A stretch of 63,970 nt of DNA, counting the filler, from Reclinomonas americana ATCC 50394 (Eukaryota): the NCBI GenBank assembly GCA_048213135.1. It is 15 parts of 15 records of this genome, joined end to end, with 100 filler letters (N's around TTAATTAATTAA, not from the genome) between each part and the next. Parts side by side here need not be neighbours in the genome. Positions count along the whole stretch, not along the records: positions 1 to 8,839 come from AFZH01023397.1; positions 8,940 to 25,164 come from AFZH01023399.1; 13 more parts are not named here. The stretch is one strand, 5' to 3'. The notes under the pieces were generated by a model. It ran no database searches and had not been told where the DNA came from. It saw only the letters and a list, made by a program, of their open reading frames with translations. Of this stretch, positions 1 to 10,747 are shown piece after piece. The number at the start of each line of letters is the position of its first letter. Position 1 is the stretch's first letter. A program made the translations under genes and the position numbers.

Positions 1-1668
1 TGCAGCTTTGCGATTGCCGAGGACCTGTCGCTTGCGCAGCTGGCGGAGCGTCTGAGCCACTTTTTCAACGACCTGCCGCCGCGCTACTGCCTGCGCTATG
101 TGGACGACACGGGCGATGTGATCTCGATGGACACGGAGGAGGAGTGGCGCGAGGCGCAGCGCGTGCTCACGGGCCAGTCGATTCGCCTCTTTGTGGTCGA
201 CAAGGCGGCCGAGTCGCCGCTGCCGCCGCCACCGCCGCCACCACCTGCTCACCCGCACCCGCACCCGCACCCGCATGGCCACGGCCACCCGCATGAGTGG
301 CCGCCGATGCATGGTCCGTGCGGCTGGATGGGCCGCCGCGGAGCGTGGCGCCGCTGCCACGGTGGTGCTGGTGGTGAGTCGGCCGACACTGCTGCTGGAG
401 AGGAGGAGCATCACGGCCATCGCCACGGTCACGGCCATGGTCACCGCCACGGACACGGACACGGCCACGGTCGCTGGGGCCACGGCCGCATCGGCCACTT
501 CCTGCGCAACCTCGTCGACCAGCTGGGCTTTGACGGTGGCGACTCGTCGTCTGCGTCGGATGAGGAGAAGAAGCACACGGCGGCGGCTGGTGAGGCGCAC
601 GCCGCACCGGCACCGGCCAACCCCGCCGAGTACGTCAACAAGCTGTTTGAGTCGCTGCAGCCGGTGATTGAGCAGGTGGCGACGTCGGTGCGCGAGGCCA
701 CGTCGGAGCCGCCGACTGCGGGCGAGACGTCGACTCCGCGCCCGCATCCGTTTGTGGGCGCCTTCCGCGGCGTCAAGTCGCAGCTGTCGTCGCTGCTGGA
801 GCGCCTGGCTGGCACGGCGGTGCAGCACGGCCAGGGTGCGGAGGTGAATGTGTCGCTGACGCCGGACGGCCGTCTGGTGGACGCTTCGGCGGCCTCGGCC
901 GAGGAGGCGCACGCCCGTGGCGACGTGACGATTGAGGCGGAGGTGAACCCGGACGGCAGCATTGCCGCCACTCACTCGTACGCTGGCCTGCCGCGCGCTC
1001 GTGAGGAGGGCATGCCGAAGACGTGCTCCTTCCTGGAGTCGGGCTTTGACAACATGCGCCAGCCGTTCTGGAACTGCGCCTCGTGCGGTCTGACGGGAAC
1101 GGCGGTGGCGTGTGGCGCGTGCGCGCGCAAGTGCCACGCTGGCCATGCTGGCCTCACGTTCCGCGGCTACGGATGTGGTTTCTGCGACTGCGGCGCTGGC
1201 GAGACGGATCAGCCGTGCCAGTGCCTCCCGGAGCCAGTGCACGCTACTGCCGCCGCGCCCCCGGCCGCCCCTCTCCGCGTCGACCCGATTGACGAGGAGG
1301 AGGAGGTGCCGGTGATTGTCGAGGCCCCTGCACCGGTGGAGGTCCCCGCACCTGCGCCAGTGGTGGTGGAGGCTCCGGCCCCTGAGCCAGAGCCAGTGCC
1401 AGTGCCAGCGCCGGCTGTGGTCGAGTCCTCGTCTGCTGCTGCTGCTGCTGCTGCCGGGCCGTCGGTGCCGGCGCCGCCGAGCGAGGCCGTGTCGGATGAC
1501 GCTCTCAACTTCCTGGTCGACATGGGCTTCCCGCCGGTTCTCTCGCGCTACTGCCTGGTGCAGTCCAAGGGCGACGTGGAGCAGGCTCTGGAGCGCCTCA
1601 TCAGCCTCTCGGGCACCATCAAGAAGGTGCAGCAGGCGCAGGGTCTGGCCAGCTCGTCTGAGCTGTAA
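1..1668 (+). CDS. PB1 - His-rich - UBR-box zinc finger - UBA protein (p62/NBR1-like architecture), 5' partial
   Basis: Frame is open from base 1. Contains LRYVDDTGDVISMDTEEEW (PB1 acidic OPCA motif), CSF..FWNCASC..ACGACARKCHAGH..GFCDCG (zf-UBR pattern) and C-terminal LVDMGF..GDVEQALERL (UBA). Confidence 0.85.
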   Translation, partial: CSFAIAEDLSLAQLAERLSHFFNDLPPRYCLRYVDDTGDVISMDTEEEWREAQRVLTGQSIRLFVVDKAAESPLPPPPPPPPAHPHPHPHPHGHGHPHEWPPMHGPCGWMGRRGAWRRCHGGAGGESADTAAGEEEHHGHRHGHGHGHRHGHGHGHGRWGHGRIGHFLRNLVDQLGFDGGDSSSASDEEKKHTAAAGEAHAAPAPANPAEYVNKLFESLQPVIEQVATSVREATSEPPTAGETSTPRPHPFVGAFRGVKSQLSSLLERLAGTAVQHGQGAEVNVSLTPDGRLVDASAASAEEAHARGDVTIEAEVNPDGSIAATHSYAGLPRAREEGMPKTCSFLESGFDNMRQPFWNCASCGLTGTAVACGACARKCHAGHAGLTFRGYGCGFCDCGAGETDQPCQCLPEPVHATAAAPPAAPLRVDPIDEEEEVPVIVEAPAPVEVPAPAPVVVEAPAPEPEPVPVPAPAVVESSSAAAAAAAGPSVPAPPSEAVSDDALNFLVDMGFPPVLSRYCLVQSKGDVEQALERLISLSGTIKKVQQAQGLASSSEL

Positions 1669-2349
1669 GCAGCCCCTCTGTGCTTCCGCGCACCACCAGC
1701 AACCAATTGACATCTGCACTTTCCCGCACTGAGACCGCGAAGACGAAACCACAACAACAACGACAACATGACGATGGTGGTGGCAACAGCGGCGACAGGG
1801 GTGGGGTGGTGTGGTGGTGTTGAGTGGTTGATTGGAAGGTGTTTTGCTTCTTCCGACTGCCCCCCACCGAGCGCCTCCCCTTCTCCAACCATTGCTGCCT
1901 TTGTTTGTCCATCATGCCCCCGCCCTGTGTGGCGTCGTTCCAGTCATACATGCTTCTTTGACACAGTGTGTTGTGTTTTTCATTGTACGTAGTGTTGTTT
2001 TTTTCCACCCCTTTCTTTGCATGGTCGCTGAGCGATGAAAAGTGTCTTTCTCTCCTGTTTTTCAGTACAACAATGGTTGATGGTGGCGCAATCTGCAATG
2101 TCAATGTCCTTTGGAATCCAAAGTAGTTTTCAGTCCGAACAAATCCATGCATGAAATGTGTCGTGCCACCTCCCACCCACACACAACCTCGCATTCTGCC
2201 ACCCTCCAATGTGAGCTTGGCATGCAGCACACTCATCCTATCACCGACGTGTGCAGCGCGCAAAACGACACGGCTCACATCACCTCCACGAGTTCATCTG
2301 ACCGCACCATGCCTCACATCAAAAATCCAAAAAGAATGGGTGAATTTCA

Positions 2350-2421
2350 AGGCATCGCCATGTATCGATCATGGTGCCTGTGGGTTATGAGCCCACCGCT
2401 CTACCTTTGAGCTACGATGCC
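2350..2421 (-). tRNA. tRNA-Met(CAT), initiator-like variant, copy 1
   Basis: Cloverleaf: GGCATCG/CGATGCC acceptor, GTGGG-CTCATAA-CCCAC anticodon arm, T-loop ATCGATA; T5 run downstream. Confidence 0.75.
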
Positions 2422-2886
2422 TTGTGTTGTAGAAGCAGTGTGCATTGCGCCATGGCATGGTTGAGTGATCACATTGCATTCGAGTCGCGCTGCGGTGTGG
2501 CAATGCGACAGCAGTCGCGATTTTGAATCGAATGCCAGCCCAGTCTCCGGCTCAGCGCTCCTCGGCATGCACACGCTCTGGAAGCGCGTCACCGCAGCAG
2601 AACTGCTGCCATGCAAAAAAGGCATGCACCAGTTCCGGGACCAATTCCAGATCGGGCTCCGGATCCGGACCTACAGCTGCAAAAAATGTGTCACGCACCC
2701 CGAATCCCTGTCCACACAACCTCGCATTCCGGCAACCTCGTCAGTGAACATGTCATGCAGTAGCCCATCATCTCGTGCTGCACCAGTACAGCATACAAAA
2801 AGAGGCTCGTCGGATACCGGGTCGACAAGTTCGTCTGCACGCACCGTGCCTCGCATCAAAAATCCAAAAAGAATGGGTGAATTTCA

Positions 2887-2958
2887 AGGCATCGCCATGT
2901 ATCGATCATGGTGCCTGTGGGTTATGAGCCCACCGCTCTACCTTTGAGCTACGATGCC
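2887..2958 (-). tRNA. tRNA-Met(CAT), initiator-like variant, copy 2
   Basis: Same sequence as copy 1, 537 bp away. Confidence 0.75.
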
Positions 2959-3201
2959 TTGTGTTGCAGAAGCAGTGTGCATTGCGCCATGGCATGGTTG
3001 AGTGATCACATCGCATTAGAGTCGCGGTGTGGCAATGCGACAGCAGTCGCAATTTTGAATCGAATGCCAGCCCAGTCTCCGGCTCAGCGCCCCTCGGCAT
3101 GCATACGCTCTGGAGGCACGGCACGAGAAAAGGAAGGAGGTGACTGTACGAGGAAACTGGTGGCAAGATCACCAACACCACCGGGAGTGAGGGAGAGGAA
3201 G

Positions 3202-3247
3202 CAACAACAACAACAACAACAGCAACAACAACAACAACAACAACAGC
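3202..3247. repeat. (CAA)n microsatellite
   Basis: Direct reading. Confidence 0.95.
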
Positions 3248-4390
3248 TTTAAAGACTGAAACAGGTAAGGAAGATCACCAATGACCAACAGAACGTAAGA
3301 CACCGCACGACAATCGCACTCGTGCTGGTGACAATCACGCGGCTGCCTTAGAGTTGAAGCAAGGCCCATCAGAATGAGTACAAGTTCATCGCCGACCGGC
3401 TTACAATGCATCCGCCACGAAGCCCGCACCCTGCAGTGAGAGGAACGCGTTAATGAGTGTTTGGCGAGCATCTCCTGTGGTCAGTATACGCCATGGCGAA
3501 CCATTTGCACTGCCGACGAATCACACAGGCACAGAGAGAGAGAGAGAGAGAGAGTCAGAGACGTGTTGGAACTATGCAAAACGACGAGGCTGACACGTAC
3601 GAGCTCCACTGTAGTCGCCGTTCTCGTACTACGCAATGCAGACACCATCAGAGATGCATTCTTCACAGTGCCTGCGTGCAGTGCAATCCACACACGCAAC
3701 ATCGCCAATCGCATCGGCTCCTTCCACCTGCGTGGTGTAGCTGGGCACGGCCTCATTGAAATCCTGCGCCATGTTACCACTGCACAAGAGTGACACGATC
3801 TAGAATGAGTGAGTGCGGGACTTCTCGCACCCCAAGCAGCGCAAACGCAACAGACTCCAGCCTGCTTAAGCACACACACGCACACATACACACACTCAGC
3901 AACTAAACACACAAGACGAATGTGGGTTGCAGATCTAGAGTCGTGTGCTCACCCGACATGATCGAAACTGGGCCAAACTGTGACGCAGCCGATGAAACGG
4001 ATGCGGTAATCGACTTCGCGTCGAAGTCTTGCACCGGCCCTGTACTCCAGCTTGCGACTATACAACCTCAGCATATCGAAACAAGTGGCTACATGCATCA
4101 CCAGTACTTCGAACGAACTGCGCGTGGACGATCGCACGCCGCAATCGCCCATTCCCGAATCGATATCGGGCTCCGCAAAAAATGTGTCACGCACCCCAAA
4201 CTCCTGTCCACGCAACCTCGCATTCCGGCAACCTCGTCAGTGAGCATGTCATGCGGTAGCCCACAAACACGTGCTGAACCAGAAACAGCATGCAAAAAAG
4301 AGGCTCGCCGGATACCGGGTCGACAAGTTCGGCTCGCTCGCTGTTCCTCTCCATCGTAGATCTCATCAAAAAAGAAGGACTGGATATCAA

Positions 4391-4461
4391 ATGCATCGCC
4401 ACGATTCGAACGTGGACCTGAGGGTTATGAGCCCACTACTCTACCGTTGAGCTACGATGCT
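4391..4461 (-). tRNA. tRNA-Met(CAT)-like, second variant (possibly degenerate), copy 3
   Basis: Cloverleaf with CTCATAA loop and TTCGAAT T-loop; A1:A72 mismatch and a T:T mismatch in the anticodon stem. Confidence 0.6.
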
Positions 4462-4922
4462 TTCTGATGCGGAGACAGTGAGTGCGGCAACACAGCAAGA
4501 CTGCGCTGCGAGTTCTGAGCAAAACTTAAATTCCTCGACAACAGTGTACCGCAGTGTGGCCAGTCTCCGAGTTCATGCACTCGTCCTGCCTCCTAGGCAC
4601 ACGCACGCCCTCTGGAGAAACATCGCTACCAGCGGAGCTGTTGGCGTGTAGAGAATACATGCACCAGTTCCGGCACCAATTCCAGATTGGGCTCCGGACG
4701 ACTGCTGCAAAAAAATGTGTCACGCACCCCGAACTCCTGTCCACGCAACCTCGCATTCCGGCAACCTCGTCAGTGAGCATGTCATGCGGTAGCCCACAAA
4801 CACGTGTTGCACCAGAAACAGCATGCAAAAAAGAGGCTCGCTGGATACCGGGTCGACAAGTTCGGCTCGCTCGCTGTTCCTCTCCATCGTAGATCTCATC
4901 AAAAAGAAGGGTTGGATATCAA

Positions 4923-4993
4923 ATGCATCGCCACGATTCGAACGTGGACCTGAGGGTTATGAGCCCACTACTCTACCGTTGAGCTACGATGCT
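4923..4993 (-). tRNA. tRNA-Met(CAT)-like, second variant, copy 4
   Basis: Same sequence as copy 3, 532 bp away. Confidence 0.6.
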
Positions 4994-5043
4994 TTCTGAT
5001 GCGGAGACAGTGAGTGCGGCAGCACAACGCGACTGCATTTCAC

Positions 5044-7906
5044 TCACGACTCGTCGGCAGGTGGTGGCTTCTTCACAGCAGCCTCCTCGGCTTGCTTCTT
5101 CAACATGGGATGCAGGAACCACAATGGTGCTGGAGGCTTCGACTTGCCGCGCAAAAAGCTGGGCACGGGTTCGGAGGGGCCTATGATGATGCGACAGAGA
5201 GTGACGAACAGAAAGACGCCACTAAAGTCGTCGCTCGGCACGCACCGATCGTTTTGCTGGGCGGATTTCGCACACTGGCTCCGCGCGATCGGCGGCGTCG
5301 CATGTTCGCCGTCTGATCACCTTCCAGCTCGTCTTCACACAACTCGTAGAGCACTTCACGCACGAATTCCCGCATCTGCGCTGCATATTGATGCACTTTG
5401 TGCGTCGGAGGATTGTAGACTTGCGCGTTATTCAGCATGAGCAGCAGCGAGTGCGCCAGCTGTAGCGTTGTGTGAATCTCCTGCGTGCGGAGCTGTGAGT
5501 CATAATCGCCGTGCGTTGCGCGGACGCGAAGCACGGCACGCAACTCCCGACTCCACACGCTCCGCTATTGTCGGCAAGTCGAGCGGACACAAAACAACGT
5601 CCGAGTAGTCCGATGGCATGTCACGCGGAGCACGCGTCTCGAACAGGTCAGCCATCTGGAAGTCGCGAATTCTGCGCAGCGCACACATCAGCAAGCTCTT
5701 GTCGGTTTGCCGATCGGCACTGCGAGCCAGGTAGTCCAACAGCTGCAGTGGCGGCGGCATGGTAGAAGTGTCTACACTTGCCGCGGTGGCGGCCGGTGGC
5801 GGTGGTGGTGGTGGTAGTGGAGGCGCAGCGACGGTTGCTGGTGATGGCTGTGCGGTGGAGCGATATCGTGATGTGAGTTATCAGCGCACAACAGTAGGAT
5901 GTGCGAGCGTAAGTGGACAGAGAACCGGTGATGGGTTGCGCGATGAGCCTCGTGACCGGCTGTTGCTAGGTGCCGGAGCAGGAGCCGGTGGCGCAGCAGC
6001 AGTCTCCATGAGGTGGATCGTTGGTGACGGAGTCGCCGCGCGTGATGAAGAGCGGCGAGAGGAACGACGCTGTGTGCGCAGCTGATGATGTTAAATGATG
6101 CTTCTTTTGCAGCACACACAGATAAGGAGGAGAAACACACACTCGGCGCACCTCTGGCCGCGCAGTCTTGCCCTGCTGCAACAGAAACGATGAGCATTCC
6201 ACACAACAGCAAATTACTAACAGCAGCAGCAGCAGCAGCGCCTACCTTGCCTGCCGCCGCCGACGATGCCTCTCTACGCGCACAACAACAAAAAATCAGC
6301 AAGAATAGTGAGGACGACAACTCCACATTATCGTCGACGACTGCAAGTGCATGTGTCACGCAACTCGACAGTCGGCGTGCATGGTCGCGACTCGGTGCGC
6401 CGAGTCTTGAGCGGAGGCGGTGCCACAATGTCGGCGCTCCGAGTCTCCACTCCCCCGCTCTGATCCGTCTCCATGGGTGCTGGTGTCGGTGTGTCGGTGC
6501 CGCTCGCCATCGAAGACGAATCGTCGGCCGGACGCTTCCGCGAGGCTCCCACCAGAAGCTCTGGTGTCGGCAACCCATTTCCTTCCTCCTCCTCCTCCTC
6601 CTCCTTCACGCACTCGACAATCGGCAAGGACAGCACTGGCGCGGGTGGTGGTGGCGGCGGTGGCGGTGGCGGTGGTGGTGGTGGCGACGAGGAAAGTACG
6701 GGGGCGGGCGACGGAGCACCAACATCGGCGGCACCAGCAGCAGGCAACGGCGACGGTTCCTGCAGTGTGAAGGCAGCGGGCGTGGCAGGTCGCGGGGCGG
6801 ATACGGCCACCTGCACTGCCGTCGGCGGACTCGGTTCAATCTCCGCCGCTCCCGTCTCTTCCGTCTCCATTGCCACCACGCTGGCCGCTTCCGCATGCAG
6901 CTCCTCCGGCGCCGCCACGACCTTGACAGCAGCTTGCTCGCTGGCCTCCTCGTCTTTCATCTGCACTTCCGGCGCTCCGTCCTGTGCCGCCGCCTCCTCC
7001 ACCACACTCACCACCTGCTGCTCTTCACCTCCTTCGACTTCCTCCTCGCCCTCGCCCTCCTCCTCCTCTGCCTCCTCGTCATCCTCCTCCTCCTCGTCCT
7101 CTTCTTCTTCTTCTTCTTCTTCCTCACCCATATCACCCGCGCCACCACCAAACGCCGAGAACGACGGCAACGCAATGCCGTGCTCCTCGGCCAACTTGCG
7201 CACAATCGGCGCTGCACTCGGGTATTCGGTGATCGACAGGCGCTTCACCAGGCCCTCAATCTGCCGCATGCACGCCACAACACCAGGCGTCATCTCCTCC
7301 GCAGTCTTTTGCACCTCCAGAAACCTGCGCCGACTTGAGAGAGCGGGCACGTATACAAACAAAGGCAAGACACGCACCGTTCCAACACTCGCACGCCATC
7401 CATCAGCTCCTTCAGATACAACATGCACTCCATGCGCACTCGCTCGCGGAACTCACCAGCTGCCAACACGCCACCCTTCAGCTCAGTCACCACACAGTGC
7501 CATGCAGCAACTCATCTTAACATCACCTTGCGACAAGTGCAGCGCAGGCATCGGAATCCGCAACCCGTGCTTCTCCGCATACATGATCTCGCATGCCTTT
7601 TTTTGTTGCAATGCACGCGCATTCAGCATGCATGCATGCGCGTGTGCGTCGCGCCTCTCTCTCTTTGACACACACCTTTGCATTTGGCGCCACATCGCCT
7701 GACTCTGGTGGAGGCACGCCTGTTGGCGGATACAAGCGCTCGGCCAGGCCCACCGACACTGCCTCCCAGTCGACTTGTCCCTCTGCATCCTCGCCCTCCT
7801 CCTCTTGCGCAGCCACAGCCACACGCAGATGCAGCTCGGCCAGCTCGGCCAGAAACAAGTGCTGCAGACTGTGGCTGACGTGCGTGTGCGGAAGCACGTC
7901 GCTCAT
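5044..7906 (-). CDS. Bromodomain protein, BRD8-like (N-terminal SANT-like region, acidic/Pro linker, C-terminal bromodomain), multi-exon
   Basis: ADLFETRAPRDMPSDYSDVVLCPLDLPTIAERVESG spliced to EIHTTLQLAHSLLLMLNNAQVYNPP gives the bromodomain ZA loop and conserved Asn; N-terminal DWEAVS motif. Confidence 0.7.
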
Positions 7907-7963
7907 TGTTGCGCGCGTGGACGTGTGATTGGAACCGCAGGACACGCTCTTCCTTCGGTGACC

Positions 7964-8839
7964 ATGCGCGACGGGTGCAGCTTTGCCGCGTTTGCCATTG
8001 TGCTGGCCGTGCTCGTGTTCATCGGCTACCGCATGCTCTCATCGCCGGCGTCACCGGCCGCTATCAAAGTACCTCCACCTTCGGCGGGAAAGAAGCCTGT
8101 GGCCTCGTCCATGGCCAGCTCGCGCAAGTCGACTGCGTTGCGTGCGGTGCGTGTGCGGCACCCGGAGGCGCCACGTGGCGGATTCGCGTTTGAGGGCACG
8201 GTGACTGACGTGGCCGATGGCGACACGGTGACGGTGATGGTGGATGCGCTGACGTTGCCGGAGCACCTGCTGCGTGCGGCGCAGCGGATTGTGCTCAACG
8301 CTGGCGACGCCGATGGGTACTTGCTGAAGCTGGCGGCGGAGGAGCTGGAGCAGAATGGGTTCAAGACGAGTGGGCGCCTGGCCAAGCCGCTGCCGCTGCA
8401 GGGGCGTGCGAGTGAGGACGATGATGGAACACCGTCGTGGTCGCAGTTTGTAAAGATCACCGCGCGGATTCGCTTCAAGGGCGTCGATGCACCCGAGGCG
8501 AAGCAGGCGGCGGGCGCGCAGAGCACGGCGGCGCTGCGGTCGCTGTTGCCGGTCGGTCGGCGTGTGGCGGTGGTGGTGTACTCGCGGGATCAGTATGGGC
8601 GGCAGGTCGGCGACGTGTACGTGTCGGTCGGCAACGACGACAGTGGCGACTCGGCGTGCGTGCAGTCGCTGATGCTGCGCGATGGGTGGGTGTGGCACTA
8701 CACGCAGTACGACAGTCGGGCCGAGTTCGCCAAGTTGCAGGAGGAGGCGCGGCAGGCGAAGCGTGGCTTGTGGGGCGCCGACAGCCATCCCACTCCCCCG
8801 TGGCAGTGGCGCAAGGAGAATGGCGTCGGCGGTGGTGCC
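7964..8839 (+). CDS. Staphylococcal nuclease (TNase)-like protein with N-terminal membrane anchor (Lcl3-like); stop lost in gap
   Basis: DGDT, RIRFKGVDAPE, DQYGR, ARQAKRGLW and PPWQWRK motifs; hydrophobic FAAFAIVLAVLVFIG. Confidence 0.9.
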
Positions 8840-8939
8840 NNNNNNNNNNNNNNNNNNNNNNNNNNNNNNNNNNNNNNNNNNNNTTAATTAATTAANNNNN
8901 NNNNNNNNNNNNNNNNNNNNNNNNNNNNNNNNNNNNNNN

Positions 8940-10439
8940 TCGAGGCAGTACTTGGAGAATGCAGAGGCGAAGCGCCAGCAGGCGGCACTTGCGCGTCAGC
9001 GGAGCGAAGAGGAAATGTGTACCTTCTCTCCTGCGGTCACCGCCAAGGCCAAGGGCGTGGCTCCTCGATACCTGTTGAATTCGAGTGGCAAGAAGGTACA
9101 ATAACAACGCAGTCTGGGCGATTTGGTGTCGGATGCTCACACTATTGTTTCAGCAGTTGCGCGAGGACATGCCGGTGTTTGGATTTGTGCCGGGTGCAGT
9201 GCCTCCGCCGCAGCCTCCGGCTTCCAACAATGTCGCCCGCTCCGCACCCACCACACCCACTGTGACACCAAAGCGCATGGTCTGTAGGAGTCGTTCGCGT
9301 GGGAATTCTTGCTGCACATGCTCATCGGTGTGGATTTGCACGCGCACAGCGCCGCGGCTCCAGTGGCAAATCGAGAACGCGTACATCTCTTTCCTCCGTT
9401 CACACTGGCGATCCGCTGCTGCTTCTCACCGCCAGCAAGAGCATGTGTTGCGTCAATGTGCCGTCCTTTCTTCGCCGTTCTCACTGACTCACTATTGTCG
9501 TGAGACAGTCTCGGTCAAGGAGTGTGCGCACTGGTTCAACGAGTGGAAGGTGCTGACAAACGCAAGCGACGAGGCTGGACCGCACACTGTGCGCGCCATT
9601 GACCACGCCGAGGTGCGTTTTCGATAGTGCGGGGTTCAACCAGCGTGGCAGTGCGCTCGGACTTACAAATGTCTGTTCGCAGTTTGCCATCCTCATGCAG
9701 CGCTCGTTCCGTGTGCGCAACGACAAGGTGCTGGTATCGCTATTCCACGCCTTCCCACTGACCGAGGATGGCACACTGGAATTTGTCGACTTTATCATTG
9801 TGTTGTCGTGGCTCGTCAAGGGCAGCGACGTGCAGCGCTCTCAGAGTTGCGACCTTTGCTGCTGCTCGGTCGCCATCTTCATGGTCACTCACGTTGACAC
9901 CACTTCACCCCATGCGCAGCCGTGTTCGACGCCCTCTCCAACCGCAAGAACTCGTTCAGTCGCAACGATGCCTTCTTTACGCTGTGCGAACTGATTGAGG
10001 ACTACCGCCCAGGTTGGGAAGCTGTGACTCTGCTTGCGAGGTCCGCGCAGTGCGATTGACGCTTGCTTGTGTGCAGAGGAACTTCTCTTTAGCGTGCGTC
10101 GCACATTCCACTTTTTCAAGTGCGCGACGGCCAACGTGATCACGTGGGATGAATTCGTGGCCAGCTATCGTGCCGAGCCGGTGCTGATTCGCCTGTTTTG
10201 TCATCCGGTGCGTGTTTTTCCTCTTCTTCTGCCAACAGTAATCGCTTGCGGTGTGGCTCACATGGGCGGCGCAGTTCTCCGAGGTGGATGTCATCCCCAG
10301 TGAGAAGGAGCGCATCTTCAAGGCAGTGCTGGAGGAGCGCGATCTGCGGCGCACCATTGATGATCTGTCGGACGAGGTGCGCGCAGAACTCGGCCTTGGA
10401 CCGGTGGTGCAGGCCACAACTGAACTGGAGTCCGTGTAA
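8940..10439 (+). CDS. Multi-exon protein with neuronal-calcium-sensor-like degenerate EF hands, 5' partial
   Basis: SLFHAFPLTEDGTLEFVDFIIVLSWLVKGS and NVITWDEFV resemble recoverin/NCS EF-hand pairs. Confidence 0.6.
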
Positions 10440-10747
10440 AACAAGAGAAAAACCCCTCAAAGTGAAGAAGTATAAGCTGCTGTTGTTGTTGTTGTTCTTG
10501 TCGTACAGCCAAGATGGCTCGAGGGCTTCATTTTTCCAGCAAATAACAAACAAACTCGAGTATATGATGACAAAGAAGGACACGGAACGCACAGACACCG
10601 TTCATCCCACAAGCAGAATCAAAATAGAGTCCGGCTGCTTGCAGAGAGAAGCGGGCGCATTCACGTGCGACGAATAAACAGGATGCAAAACAAAAAAACA
10701 CACACACACACAACAACAACAACACAGATACACATTGCATACAGGAA

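Larger units (their letters stand above)
2150..5035. repeat. Two tandem pairs of ~535 bp units, each with a tRNA-Met-like gene and a shared conserved cassette
   Basis: Cassette aaaaatgtgtcacgcaccc...acctcgcattccggcaacctcgtcagtg...ggataccgggtcgacaagttc recurs at ~2680, ~4176 and ~4708, with a partial copy at ~2150. Confidence 0.85.

Noticed and set aside
8840..8939. Recurrent TTAATTAATTAA flanked by Ns
   Set aside because: Artificial all-frame-stop linker between contigs.
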